DNA of 64,000 bases from a virus: positions 1 to 64,000 of IMG/VR virus record IMGVR_UViG_3300010397_000005; one strand, written 5' to 3'. A program made the translations under genes and the position numbers. The notes beneath the pieces were generated by a model. The model saw nothing but the letters and a program-made list of their open reading frames with translations. It had not been told where the DNA came from and did not search any database. This document shows positions 27,634-37,169 of this stretch, in pieces; position 1 is the stretch's first letter; every line of letters starts with the position of its first letter.

Positions 27634-28970
27634 CGATCTTCCTCAACTTCTGGTTGCTGTGCTGGTAAGCCGCGATCATGTCCCTTCGCAAGGGCGTGTT
27701 CAATGTATTCTTCTGCTGTACAGACTGCTCCGCAGGAACAGTGATAGATCCGTGGTTGCGGGAAATAGCGGGAGATGATGGCGGCAACTCTCTCGGAGTC
27801 GTTCTGGTCAATGCCGCAGTAGTCGCAGATCTTCGTTGCGGCTGCGTTAATCCTGTCCTGCCTATTTCCGCAGACATGACTGCCGTCAGGAAGTACCATT
27901 TGCGGTGCCTGACACACATCGCACCAGTCTGCCTCTACTGCTGTAGTGGTGGGGGTAGTAGTGCTTGCAAGATACGACAACCATCGCTCGTGTTCGCCTT
28001 CGAAGTTCCAATTGGCGGCACGCTTAGCCTTCTCTCTTAACCATGAACGACACGTATGCCAGCAAGCGTGGTTGTCTCGCTTGGAGATCCCACAAATCGC
28101 GCAGTGGTATTTCGGGCCGTCTGGGCCGTCAATCCAAACGTGTTCCACGTCGCTTGTGTAGTTCACCGGATCGGCTTCCGGTTGCGCTACTCCCATAACC
28201 ACGCTTTCGCGCTCTCGATCCATGCCCGCTTTAGTCGCGCTCGGCGACGCAGGATCGACTTGCGCTTTCGCGGCGGCATTAGATCCAGAATCCACTTCGG
28301 ACAGTGTTTGAGACACGCTATGCTGCTCGGATTGCAGGTTAGACATCTTGTCATCGTCACTCCATCCTATGAAATAGTTATGGTCCATCTGGCAGTGATC
28401 GCAATAGCGAGTGCGATACAAACGACGGGGTTGCGCTACTGGAGTAGCAGGGGCAGACGATACAGGAAACTGCAAGTCACAGTTTTTGCACTCGTACCAG
28501 AGACCAACATCGGGATCGAAGTCCGAGGTTAAGGCGCGACCACACTCAGGACACCTCGCGCCATCTCGCAAGATCTTAGGCACCTTCTGTTCCCCCGCCT
28601 GTTCAGTTGATGCAGGGAATACGCACTTGCAGCCGCATAGTGACTTGTCGAGATGCACGTGCCAGCACTCGCCGTTGACAACGTGGTTATGGCCGCACTT
28701 GAGACACTTTCGCTCCCCGCACCGCGCGCTCGTCTCGGTGGGGGCGGTGGCGGAAAGTCGTCTTGCTAATCTCCGCAGCTCAGCATATTGCTCAGCTTGA
28801 ATTGTTGAACGACCAACAGAAGAAGCATCATGCAATAGCCACTTCTCACGGGCAGTCAATGCCGCGCCACCGTCTTTAACCAAAGAGAGTAAGTAGTCGG
28901 CTTCCTCTCGTGTGGGTTGAGCCGATTGATCTTCAGTTAGGCGTTTGCGGATCTCATCAATCGTGCTCAT
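27630..28970 (-). CDS. Multi-Zn-finger hypothetical protein
   Basis: 446 aa with many CxxC pairs separated by Ala/Pro/Thr linkers. Confidence 0.62.
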   Translation of the reverse strand: MSTIDEIRKRLTEDQSAQPTREEADYLLSLVKDGGAALTAREKWLLHDASSVGRSTIQAEQYAELRRLARRLSATAPTETSARCGERKCLKCGHNHVVNGECWHVHLDKSLCGCKCVFPASTEQAGEQKVPKILRDGARCPECGRALTSDFDPDVGLWYECKNCDLQFPVSSAPATPVAQPRRLYRTRYCDHCQMDHNYFIGWSDDDKMSNLQSEQHSVSQTLSEVDSGSNAAAKAQVDPASPSATKAGMDRERESVVMGVAQPEADPVNYTSDVEHVWIDGPDGPKYHCAICGISKRDNHACWHTCRSWLREKAKRAANWNFEGEHERWLSYLASTTTPTTTAVEADWCDVCQAPQMVLPDGSHVCGNRQDRINAAATKICDYCGIDQNDSERVAAIISRYFPQPRIYHCSCGAVCTAEEYIEHALAKGHDRGLPAQQPEVEEDR

Positions 28971-29164
28971 GCTGTTGTGCCTTTCACTTTCGTTAAGTCA
29001 GCGCTCTCAAGTATGTCAATCAGGACTTGGTACTTCTCCGGCGGCAGCACAAGCGTCCAACCTAACTTATTGGCAGTCTTCATCAGGTTCACCGCCTTTC
29101 CTGCCACACTCGCCCGAGAATCATTCCACCAACAGCAACGATCACGATTAGCACTAGCCAGCCA

Positions 29165-29347
29165 TTACTCATGTTCACCGCCTTTCACTTCGCGCTCGTA
29201 ACGAACATCAATAATCACTCCCCGACACAGATCGCCGCCGTAGTAGTGCTTCGCCGTTAACGGACGCACAAGATCGTTTCGCCCACACGCACGACAAAAC
29301 TTCATTGTCAACGTGATCGGCGGCTCTTTTGGATCGTCTTCACTCAC
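29165..29347 (-). CDS. Hypothetical protein
   Basis: CRAC motif, overlapping junction. Confidence 0.5.
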   Translation of the reverse strand: MSEDDPKEPPITLTMKFCRACGRNDLVRPLTAKHYYGGDLCRGVIIDVRYEREVKGGEHE

Positions 29348-29552
29348 GACTTCTCTCCTTTCCTCTCTGCACGGGACTTCGGTTCGCTGTAGCCGAACTC
29401 CGACATGATCATCTTTACTGCTTTTTCAATTCCAACGACGTGCAGGTTCGGCCCGTACCGTTCAATCGGCAAATGCTCAACTTGCACGTCCAGCGATTCG
29501 ACAAGAATGCGTCGAACTTTGCCGAGCTTCTGTTTGTAGGCATGTGGGTTAC
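29344..29552 (-). CDS. Hypothetical protein
   Basis: Likely start MAASNP overlapping the 3' end of the upstream ORF. Confidence 0.45.
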
Positions 29553-29842
29553 TGGCCGCCATCGCTCTCTTTCTCAGCTCGGGACTTGGACCAAGCGCGG
29601 ACTTGATCCATTGCCTCTTCCAGCGTCTCGGCTTCGCAAGAGGGTGGTGACTGGCCGCTGCTAATATGAATCTGAACTCGACGTGATACGTTTGGGCTGT
29701 ACGTGTCGATGAATTCTTGACGCTTGATTGAAATGAATTGCCAGTCCTTGCCGACGCTCGGAAACAATTCTCGCAACTCGGCCAGCGCATCGGTGATGTC
29801 AGTACGTGTTTCCACGGTTTCTCCTTTAGTCAACACTGCCAA
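29549..29842 (-). CDS. Hypothetical protein
   Basis: Operon packing. Confidence 0.5.
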   Translation of the reverse strand: MAVLTKGETVETRTDITDALAELRELFPSVGKDWQFISIKRQEFIDTYSPNVSRRVQIHISSGQSPPSCEAETLEEAMDQVRAWSKSRAEKESDGGQ

Positions 29843-30389
29843 TTAGTAGAAATTTAAGTGCGCGTTGCACGTAGAACTTGCAGTTTTCGGTGTCATACAC
29901 GGGCAGTCTCGGATACTTGTCATTGAACGCCACAATGAAGTCATCCCACGTTTTCGGCGCTGCTTCTACTGTTAATCCTGTCTGAGCGCGGGGAGTGGTG
30001 ATTATTCGCCTGAGAATCTCGTTTGCCGCAGATTTGAAATAATGTAATCGTAATCTCTCGACATTGGATGTGGTATCAAGATCAAGCGCTTGTCCACATT
30101 CGTCGATGTAGCCGTTGATAATGCCCAACGCGTCCGCTGCTGCGCGGGGAAGATCGGCACGAGATTGCCACTTTGCAATTGCTTCTTCTCGCGTCAGCGC
30201 AGAGTGCCCGACTCCGCATCCGACAGGCGGCGCGGAAGGGCTTAGATGGATTTCGCAGCCAACCCACCAATATGTATCCTGTGTGCCCTTAACTTCCTTG
30301 ACTATCGGAGGCAAATGTTCAGGCGGTGGGCCGAACGGGCACGGAATCAGTTTCACTGCTTCCGCTGGTTGCGTCTGTGGTTCAGTCAT
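29826..30389 (-). CDS. Lar-like restriction-alleviation domain protein
   Basis: LIPCPF...WWVGC...GCG...EEAIAKWQSRA. Confidence 0.55.
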   Translation of the reverse strand: MTEPQTQPAEAVKLIPCPFGPPPEHLPPIVKEVKGTQDTYWWVGCEIHLSPSAPPVGCGVGHSALTREEAIAKWQSRADLPRAAADALGIINGYIDECGQALDLDTTSNVERLRLHYFKSAANEILRRIITTPRAQTGLTVEAAPKTWDDFIVAFNDKYPRLPVYDTENCKFYVQRALKFLLIGSVD

Positions 30390-30682
30390 CGATTTTCCTC
30401 TCCTACCATGTAATCTAGCCAGTTTCGTCCGGTGCGCCCGATGCCGCCCTTCTTAGAGACGTAGACCCATATCCTTCTACTTCCGCGTGGGGCTCGTTCT
30501 ATCGGCCCGTAGACACGGCCCTTCACGTGTTTTTGGAGAAAAGCCAGAGCCTCGGCTTGAGTTAGGATCTTTGTTGACTTACGCGGCTCTGAAGCAATTA
30601 CGCCTTTATCGTCAGCGGCGCTTATGTAGTTCAGGGTGTTCATGTCTTTACGTACTGCAAGTAACGCGCCCCGCATCGTCAA
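30386..30682 (-). CDS. Hypothetical protein
   Basis: Operon packing. Confidence 0.45.
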   Translation of the reverse strand: MTMRGALLAVRKDMNTLNYISAADDKGVIASEPRKSTKILTQAEALAFLQKHVKGRVYGPIERAPRGSRRIWVYVSKKGGIGRTGRNWLDYMVGEENR

Positions 30683-30896
30683 TCACTCGTAGCTGTGCGC
30701 GGTCGCAAACGACGAACGGGCCTTCACTGCCCTCGACGTTGTTTCTGCAAATGGCCGCATACGGTTTTTTCTTTGTGCCAACCTGCGCTACGATGTCTTC
30801 AACTTCTTTCACAACCTCCGCTGCGCGAGTCAGTGAACGGTAACGCCATTCTCCGACCTTCTGATCTTGCAGGAACAAGTCAACGTAAATCTTCAC
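30648..30896 (-). CDS. Hypothetical protein
   Basis: AGGAG SD 8 nt before GTG. Confidence 0.5.
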   Translation of the reverse strand: MKIYVDLFLQDQKVGEWRYRSLTRAAEVVKEVEDIVAQVGTKKKPYAAICRNNVEGSEGPFVVCDRAQLRVIDDAGRVTCST

Positions 30897-30942
30897 CTTG
30901 AAAGCTCCTGTTGCGCCTGTGGTGAATCATCCTTCATGGTTG

Positions 30943-31225
30943 CTACTTCCTTTCGAGTTGCTGAAACCACTTCGCTTCGCTGGCCTTGTCGCGTTCGGGA
31001 TCTATTCCCCGATGTCGCAGCACTTCTCGCACCAGTTCTGCCACGGGTAACTGGATCGAATGCGGCGATAAAAGTGGTTAGGTTCTCAAGTTGCACATTT
31101 GCGCATAACCTTGTGGTGGCGTCAGCCGAGTGCGGGTATCTCATCACGTCGGCAATGGCGTCAATGCTCGCGCTCCCAGACTTCTCCGCTACCTCAAGCA
31201 GCGTCTTCAGTTCAGTGTCAGTCAT
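30943..31225 (-). pseudogene. Ead/Ea22-like protein with an apparent +1 frameshift
   Basis: LKTLLEVAEK...FIAAFDPVT continues as VAELVREVLR only after removing one base at 31045-31047. Confidence 0.5.
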
Positions 31226-31428
31226 GGCCGTCTCCAGTGCGTTGGCGTGTAGTAGACGTAGATTGCGTCTGGGCCGCAGTTCGTCCACCAAAGGCGGCTA
31301 TGGAAGCAAAGCTTCTGCTCGTTGCGAACGCCCTTGCCGTCATCAATCTTCGTCATTAGTATGACATTCTCAGGTGGCGGCTCATCAGCGAGCGCGATCC
31401 ACTGTTTGAGTTCACTCTCATTCAGCAT
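31222..31428 (-). CDS. DUF551-like hypothetical protein
   Basis: WI..ADEPP...YYTPTHWR. Confidence 0.6.
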   Translation of the reverse strand: MLNESELKQWIALADEPPPENVILMTKIDDGKGVRNEQKLCFHSRLWWTNCGPDAIYVYYTPTHWRRP

Positions 31429-31539
31429 CTGTGTTTCCTTGTCGAGCGCGCATAATTTCGATCACGCGGCCCATGAATATCTTTCGCTGGTTGCATCGTG
31501 TTTCGAAGTCCTGGCCATTCCCTTCACCTACCTCTCCGC

Positions 31540-32112
31540 TTACTGAATCTTCGGCAACCACTTCTTTAACCATGCGCGCGCATCCTTCTGCGTTTTGAAC
31601 TGCTTTGAATCCTCTGTAACCATGTGCCGCATGACCTCACAGTGATATAGACCATCGTCACGAACGTAGAAGTTGATCGCGCCAGTGTCGCCAGCGGTAG
31701 TCGCCGCCAACCCGCGTCGCAGGATGTCGAATGCGCGCGAAACACTAGAGAACATTTCACCGTCTCTCGGCTTGCCATCGGTTCCCGGTAACCCACTCAA
31801 CATCGGCATCTCTTTTCCGTGCGGTGAGTCGTCAAGACGGAAGTCGAAGCCCTGGAGTGGCTCCAGCGCCTCGCGCAGTCGGCCTACCTCTGCAACCGCG
31901 TCGATTGTTATTGGTCCAAGAAACTCCCGCCGTTTCAGGAACGACGAATCAGCGTAGAAGAATTGGCCTTCATAGCGGACTCCGCTGCGGTTGTGCCCGA
32001 CCCAGACAATCAACCCTTCCGCGATCGGCTCCTGACCCTCATCGCGCATGTAGTACCAGCCACACTTCGCGGGAAGTTCTTTGGTCCATTTCGCTGTCGC
32101 CTTATTGCTCAT
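31540..32112 (-). CDS. Hypothetical protein
   Basis: WTKELP..GWYYMR phage motif. Confidence 0.55.
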   Translation of the reverse strand: MSNKATAKWTKELPAKCGWYYMRDEGQEPIAEGLIVWVGHNRSGVRYEGQFFYADSSFLKRREFLGPITIDAVAEVGRLREALEPLQGFDFRLDDSPHGKEMPMLSGLPGTDGKPRDGEMFSSVSRAFDILRRGLAATTAGDTGAINFYVRDDGLYHCEVMRHMVTEDSKQFKTQKDARAWLKKWLPKIQ

Positions 32113-32123
32113 TGGGGTTGCTC

Positions 32124-32621
32124 CTACGAAAGCTCTGCTGGAACGCCGAGCGTGGGCCATTTTGCGGTCTTGCCCATAGGCCATCTTTTCTCGGCCCATG
32201 CGGCTATCTTTTGAACAACCAAACGCCCGTTATGTTTCCATTCAACGGGGTAGACTTCTTCTCCGACGCTATCCATTAGAACGTCCCTGTAGATAAAGCG
32301 GACGTGCTCCCCCTCGTAGTTGGTATTCATCTCGGCTTCGAGGTGCTCGTGAAAGGATCCAGCATCGCCATATCCGCCCCAGCCTCCCTCTGGATGTGCG
32401 CTGCCACCTCCCGGCAGTTCATCCCAATAACGGAAGCGTGGCGGCCGTCCTCGTCGTGGTCCCACGCCAGCGGGGTAGTAAGCGCCGGAGGTTCGTTGAG
32501 ACAGACGCAGACCGTCTCTCCGTTCCCAGTAGTATCCAATACCGCCATGTACGGTAGAGCGATATTCCCACTCTTGCCATCCTCCAAATTCACTAAACGC
32601 GTTCTCGGTTGTAGTTGCCAT
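32124..32621 (-). CDS. Hypothetical protein
   Basis: Start MATTTEN at a TAATG overlap. Confidence 0.55.
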   Translation of the reverse strand: MATTTENAFSEFGGWQEWEYRSTVHGGIGYYWERRDGLRLSQRTSGAYYPAGVGPRRGRPPRFRYWDELPGGGSAHPEGGWGGYGDAGSFHEHLEAEMNTNYEGEHVRFIYRDVLMDSVGEEVYPVEWKHNGRLVVQKIAAWAEKRWPMGKTAKWPTLGVPAELS

Positions 32622-33265
32622 TAAATTGTGTCCCTTGCTTTGTATCCATCGATCCACTTCTGATCGGGTACAGCGGTGATATGAGGCCAGCGAGGGCGTC
32701 CGACAGTTGCTAGATACGCTTTCCTGCACCGTCCTTTGACCAGCAAGCGTTCTGCACGTTCCCGCTCTTCTTGATATGGTGAGTACTGCGACCAAAGAAG
32801 GAAGTTAAAGTGCGTGCTGTGTTCCAGTGCGGCCTCAAGTGGGCCGAGCATGTAAATCCTGAACCCCAAATAATAAAAACCAAACGCGCCGCAAAGATGC
32901 GTCATCGGAGCAAAGAAGAAGTCCACCCAAAACACGCTGCGCTCGTGACAATAATCAAGCTGCTCTTTCTTTATCTTCCTGCGAGCGCGGGGCGGCAACG
33001 TGTAGTAGTGCCACCATTCACACGCTCGCCACAGACCAATCAGAGACAGAACGGCGGCTATCGGGTGGCCCAAAATCATATGCGGCATCATCTGCCACAT
33101 CATGAGCGTTCGAAGGTGTTTTCTCGTCATGTCTTTATTCCCCTCCATCGAATCCCGGCGCAAAGACAGCAAGCGAATCATCGGCGTTGTCTTCAATATC
33201 GTGATAATGGCAATCGGCTGCCAGGGATGCGTCAGCGCGTAACAGCCGATCAATTTCCGCCACAA
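32621..33265 (-). CDS. Membrane hypothetical protein
   Basis: Two hydrophobic segments; true start probably near 33130. Confidence 0.5.
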   Translation of the reverse strand: MWRKLIGCYALTHPWQPIAIITILKTTPMIRLLSLRRDSMEGNKDMTRKHLRTLMMWQMMPHMILGHPIAAVLSLIGLWRACEWWHYYTLPPRARRKIKKEQLDYCHERSVFWVDFFFAPMTHLCGAFGFYYLGFRIYMLGPLEAALEHSTHFNFLLWSQYSPYQEERERAERLLVKGRCRKAYLATVGRPRWPHITAVPDQKWIDGYKARDTI

Positions 33266-33554
33266 TCAATGCTCCAGCCTTGGCTAGCCGCTTCAACTTG
33301 TCAGGCTCGGGATCAACGTAAAAACCACACCCGGTTTCGAGCGTGATACGCAGGGCGATAAAGTCATCCTGTTTTAGCAACGGTTCGTTGCCAACCCTCG
33401 CGTCATAAGGTAGAGCGTACAGCGCGGCAGCAAGACCCAACTCGCCAAGATCGTGCTCATCGTCGTGCTCAGGCGTGTAGCCCTTAACTTCAATCTGCCG
33501 TTTACGCTCTGTTGCGATAATATCGATTCCCGTTACCTTTACTTCGTCAGCCAT
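33135..33554 (-). CDS. Conserved phage hypothetical protein
   Basis: IATERKRQIE..GYTPEHDD.H..GEL..AA..YA...LAKAGALIVAEIDRL. Confidence 0.75.
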   Translation of the reverse strand: MADEVKVTGIDIIATERKRQIEVKGYTPEHDDEHDLGELGLAAALYALPYDARVGNEPLLKQDDFIALRITLETGCGFYVDPEPDKLKRLAKAGALIVAEIDRLLRADASLAADCHYHDIEDNADDSLAVFAPGFDGGE

Positions 33555-33574
33555 CTATTCCCCTTTCCCTGCAA

Positions 33575-33943
33575 TCACTGATCGGCTTGTTGAAAGTTCT
33601 GAGACACGCCGCATTCGGCGGTATCGGCGTGGCAGCACGTATCAGCAACGCAGTCGCACTCCTGCCCGCATTCGCGGCATTCATGTGCGGGCGTCACGTA
33701 GTTATCCTCCCTGCCTTTGTGTAATGCCACGATCTTCTCAGCAAATTCGTCCCCGGCTGTGGCTTCGTACTTCAGTACATAGCTCTGCGGACAGTCGGGT
33801 TTGCGAAAGAATAGATACGCTTCCCAATCGCCGATGCGATAGTGCGACAACAATCCGCGCACTTCATTCATGAAGCCGTTGAGATCCTGATCAAACATCT
33901 CCATTGCTTGCTCTTTGCTAACAGCCATCGTCTTTATCCTCAC
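33575..33943 (-). CDS. Hypothetical protein
   Basis: Cys-rich C-terminus, GAGG SD. Confidence 0.55.
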   Translation of the reverse strand: MRIKTMAVSKEQAMEMFDQDLNGFMNEVRGLLSHYRIGDWEAYLFFRKPDCPQSYVLKYEATAGDEFAEKIVALHKGREDNYVTPAHECRECGQECDCVADTCCHADTAECGVSQNFQQADQ

Positions 33944-33966
33944 GCAGCATTCTTCCTAACCATTCT

Positions 33967-34149
33967 TCAAACTCTGTTTTCGTCCTCGTCGTCATCAATC
34001 TCCAACTCACAATTCGTACACCGTCCCGCTTCCAGATCCGCGCTCGTCAGTGTCGCGTCACAGGACCAGCACGCGCCGAGGTCGTAGTCTGAGCGGGGTG
34101 CGGCGATTCGGGTGCGGAGCTGTGCGGAGAGATGATTGAAGTTGGTCAA
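33967..34149 (-). CDS. Zn-ribbon microprotein
   Basis: CWSC...CTNC. Confidence 0.5.
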   Translation of the reverse strand: MTNFNHLSAQLRTRIAAPRSDYDLGACWSCDATLTSADLEAGRCTNCELEIDDDEDENRV

Positions 34150-34433
34150 TAGTCAACCCCCAGAGCTTCACGTAGCAGTTCAGGGTAACGCTGCCTGAGA
34201 GCCTGCTCCTGTCGCTGCGTAACACTGAACTCAATTGCGTATGCTCGTTTGGCAACCCGCAGCAGGCCCAGAGTCTCTTTTACCGTTAACGGCTCTGGTG
34301 GTCCCATCGTTTTACCCTCCAGCCACGCCATGGTTGCATTTTCCCAGTCGTCAAACTTCGTCTTTGTCATCTCTGAATCCTCTCCCTTCCCACGCGCAGC
34401 GTTTACGACAGTCCCCAAATGTACTGACCCCAA
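34146..34433 (-). CDS. Hypothetical protein
   Basis: Operon packing. Confidence 0.5.
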   Translation of the reverse strand: MGSVHLGTVVNAARGKGEDSEMTKTKFDDWENATMAWLEGKTMGPPEPLTVKETLGLLRVAKRAYAIEFSVTQRQEQALRQRYPELLREALGVDY

Positions 34434-34612
34434 AGCGGATCAAGGCTCTCAAGTGCGGACATCGTTACGACGCAATTCTCGAATTCCTGCTTCGACTCAT
34501 TCCACGGTCCGACCTTAACGCCTACGTCTTCAAGCACGCGACGGTAGTTGTCTACGTTTGACGTATTCTTGCAGGGCTGAATCCAGCCACGTAGCACAAT
34601 CTCTTCGTTCAC
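34403..34612 (-). CDS. Hypothetical protein
   Basis: GTGA overlap. Confidence 0.5.
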   Translation of the reverse strand: MNEEIVLRGWIQPCKNTSNVDNYRRVLEDVGVKVGPWNESKQEFENCVVTMSALESLDPLWGQYIWGLS

Positions 34613-35163
34613 TTTGAAATCCTTTCTCGGCCCACACGCAGCATTTCGGCCAGATCCTCATTCTGCAACCGCAACGTCTCCGTGTGCGCGTCAGCCCACC
34701 CCGTCGCATACCCCGCGCAGTAGTCGGCGTACTGCGGGTCGAAGTTATGCGGGGCGGATTGCAACTGGGCGATGCGTCGACAAACCGCCTCGACAAACTC
34801 GAACCTGTTCTCACAAGCTTCTTCGTCAGTGATCCGATGCTTCTCACAGTCGTTCGCGCTCAGTTCTTTCACGTTCTGATCGAACACGTCGAATAGCGCC
34901 GCCCGAATTGTCGTCAACGAGGCGAACTTCTTATCGTTCTCCACTGCATGGTCCGAGTCAAGCTTGCGTAGCTCCGTCAACCTCTCCCCGTCGTTCAGAT
35001 CCGCTCGCGCTCGTTCGAGGACAGGTCCGGCAAGGGCGACAAACTCAGCCTCGCTCAGTTGCGCCTGTCTCTGCTCGTAGTCGTTGGCAGCAGCACACAT
35101 CACGCATGGTCCACCCGCGTTGAGCGTGCAAGTGTGCGAGTCGTGGGGGATAGGGGTGGTCAT
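34609..35163 (-). CDS. Hypothetical protein
   Basis: ATGA overlap, AAGGA SD. Confidence 0.6.
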   Translation of the reverse strand: MTTPIPHDSHTCTLNAGGPCVMCAAANDYEQRQAQLSEAEFVALAGPVLERARADLNDGERLTELRKLDSDHAVENDKKFASLTTIRAALFDVFDQNVKELSANDCEKHRITDEEACENRFEFVEAVCRRIAQLQSAPHNFDPQYADYCAGYATGWADAHTETLRLQNEDLAEMLRVGRERISK

Positions 35164-35363
35164 TGCAGGTCTTCCTTTCTTGGTGGTAACGCAGCGGTGA
35201 CGAGATATATTGACGATAGCCAGCTTCTAATCGCCAGCATCGGACCAGCGGAACCTAACGCAACCACCAATCCCCACGCTGCGCTGTTAGTTTTCGCTGT
35301 GACAATAACCGCTGCCACTACCGTCATCAGCAATCCGATTCTTTCATCGACCGTGATCTTCAT
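35160..35363 (-). CDS. Small membrane protein
   Basis: Hydrophobic segments, GAGGAGG SD. Confidence 0.55.
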   Translation of the reverse strand: MKITVDERIGLLMTVVAAVIVTAKTNSAAWGLVVALGSAGPMLAIRSWLSSIYLVTAALPPRKEDLQ

Positions 35364-35387
35364 ATCTCGCCTCCTCGGGTGGTGGGG

Positions 35388-35837
35388 TTAGTCGCCATAA
35401 CTGGCAGCATTGCTTGGTATTTCTGGTTTAGTAATGGCACGGTACACGTACGACACGATCCCGATTAAAATTCCTGTCACTATAATCAGATCGCCAATAC
35501 TGAACCCTGCCCAGAGTACGTCGCAGAGAAACTGCAATCGGCTCTGCTCGGTCAGTGGTTTCCACCAGCGCGCGGTGTCGGTTCTCCCTAAAACAGGCAT
35601 TCGTCCGCCGTTCACAGTCAAGGCGATAGTATTCAGTATCCCACCTGCTATGATCACAATGTTTTGTGGTCGGAACCGAAAGTAGCAATCAAGTGCTTGC
35701 CACGTCAGTGCAGCCACGAAAAACAGTTCCGCAAATAGTGCCCAAGGACGTACCTCCCATTGCGTAATGACAATCAGCGCGAAAGCTGACCATCCAGCAA
35801 CTCGCTTTACCTGTTTTAGCTTTAACTGAGCGTTCAT
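35388..35837 (-). CDS. DUF5317-like membrane protein
   Basis: G.ILN.IA..VNGGRMPV...RLQFLCD...FSIGDLII..G. Confidence 0.72.
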   Translation of the reverse strand: MNAQLKLKQVKRVAGWSAFALIVITQWEVRPWALFAELFFVAALTWQALDCYFRFRPQNIVIIAGGILNTIALTVNGGRMPVLGRTDTARWWKPLTEQSRLQFLCDVLWAGFSIGDLIIVTGILIGIVSYVYRAITKPEIPSNAASYGD

Positions 35838-36037
35838 CTCCTCCCCTTCCCTTTCGGCCCCGGCTTCGTCTCTCGATTGCGAATAATTCCCATTTGCTCA
35901 GCCGTGAACAGTTGATTGCGTCCGACAGTTTGAATCGGCCCGAGGTGTCGGCGCAGGTCACGCGCAATCTGCGACACTCGTGCAGGTGTCAGCCTGAGCC
36001 GCTTCGCTACTTCCTTCGTTGTCAGTAGTCCGTTCAT
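35834..36037 (-). CDS. HTH DNA-binding protein
   Basis: LLTTKEVAKRLRLTPARVSQIAR...GRNQLFT; leaderless behind TTGACA-16-GATAAT. Confidence 0.75.
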   Translation of the reverse strand: MNGLLTTKEVAKRLRLTPARVSQIARDLRRHLGPIQTVGRNQLFTAEQMGIIRNRETKPGPKGKGRR

Positions 36038-36039
36038 TG

Positions 36040-36071
36040 CTTCATTATCCACAAATGAAGTTATTTGTCAA
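36040..36071 (-). promoter_or_regulatory. Promoter with overlapping palindrome CTTCATT-N7-AATGAAG and a TTATCCACA DnaA-box match
   Basis: -35 at 36066-71, -10 at 36044-49, TTATCCACA at 36045-53. Confidence 0.6.
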
Positions 36072-36112
36072 TAGTGATTGTGACGTAGTAAGCCGCAGCC
36101 TGATCCCCTCTA

Positions 36113-36504
36113 TCACCCGCTCCGGCGCGGGGCGGTGAGGGCGGCGGTTGCTCGACAACGCATGCAGGGTTTTGCTAGTCCACGCTTGATACAGCTATCA
36201 CCGTTGAGAGTGCAGTCCTTCGCCGCGATTTCCGCTACCGTTTCCACCAGTCGCGGCACGGCGTTATGATCCGCCACGATCTGTTCAGCGTCCTCTTTGC
36301 GATAAATGTCGGCGACTATCTCCTGTCCGGTGGCGTCAACGACGCGCCAACCGTGTATTGGCATCGCTTCGACGCGCCACTCCCCGGTCTCCGGCGCGGG
36401 TTGCGTCGGTTCCGTCTGTTGTTCATTGCTCTCCGCAGCGTCAATCGCTTCATACGCGGCGTCTTCATCTATCTTTGCAAGTTGCTTCTTAGTCAACGGT
36501 GTCA
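36113..36504 (-). CDS. Hypothetical protein
   Basis: AAGGAG SD before MTPLTKK. Confidence 0.55.
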
Positions 36505-36546
36505 TTGTTTTGAGCTCCTTTCCAAGTTGCGGTCCGATGAGTTGAG

Positions 36547-36756
36547 TTAGTTGAATGAAATCTCGTCCTTGTTGTCGAATAGTGGTTTGTTGTCTTGTTC
36601 GTTGTCGCGATAGCAGTCGCAACCCATCGGCACGAACATGTGTCCGTCGTAGTAGCCGTGCTCGTTTTCCGGTTGGCCGCACCAGCAAGTATCAGGATCG
36701 ATCATCTGACCGCACTGCGAGCACTTTAAGTGCGGATCTGGAAACTCACCGCTCAT
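36547..36756 (-). CDS. Cys/His-rich microprotein
   Basis: CSQC...CWCG...H...H...GCDC. Confidence 0.55.
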   Translation of the reverse strand: MSGEFPDPHLKCSQCGQMIDPDTCWCGQPENEHGYYDGHMFVPMGCDCYRDNEQDNKPLFDNKDEISFN

Positions 36757-37040
36757 CCTTCCCCGTCCTTTCGTGGCTGGGTGCTGCGAATTTCAGCGAG
36801 CATTGCTTGTTTCTCTTTCTCTAATTTCTTTGGATCAACGCCGATGAATAAGCCGATAATCTCAGCCGGACGCTCACGGATAGGCCATAGCCGTTGAGAG
36901 TCGTCGTCAAACTTGGCGATCTCCCAGCCTTGCTCCTGTGTGAGAAAGTCATAGAACTCGCTTAGTAAGCCTACGTCTCGTTGATGAGCTTTCAATTTCT
37001 CATGCTCGGGATACTTCTGTTTCGTTGCTGCTTTTGACAT
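36753..37040 (-). CDS. Hypothetical protein
   Basis: YPEHEKLK...LEKEKQAMLAEIR; GGAG/AAGGA SD. Confidence 0.6.
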   Translation of the reverse strand: MSKAATKQKYPEHEKLKAHQRDVGLLSEFYDFLTQEQGWEIAKFDDDSQRLWPIRERPAEIIGLFIGVDPKKLEKEKQAMLAEIRSTQPRKDGEG

Positions 37041-37169
37041 CGTCCTTCTCCTTCTCAATCTTCTCACTCTCCCGCCGCACTGCCTCCAGCAGCGACTCAA
37101 CTTCGTGCCACTGCTGGCAACCGGAGCAGTAGAAGGTTTGCTTAGGCGTGGTCTGATCGGTGGCTGTGG

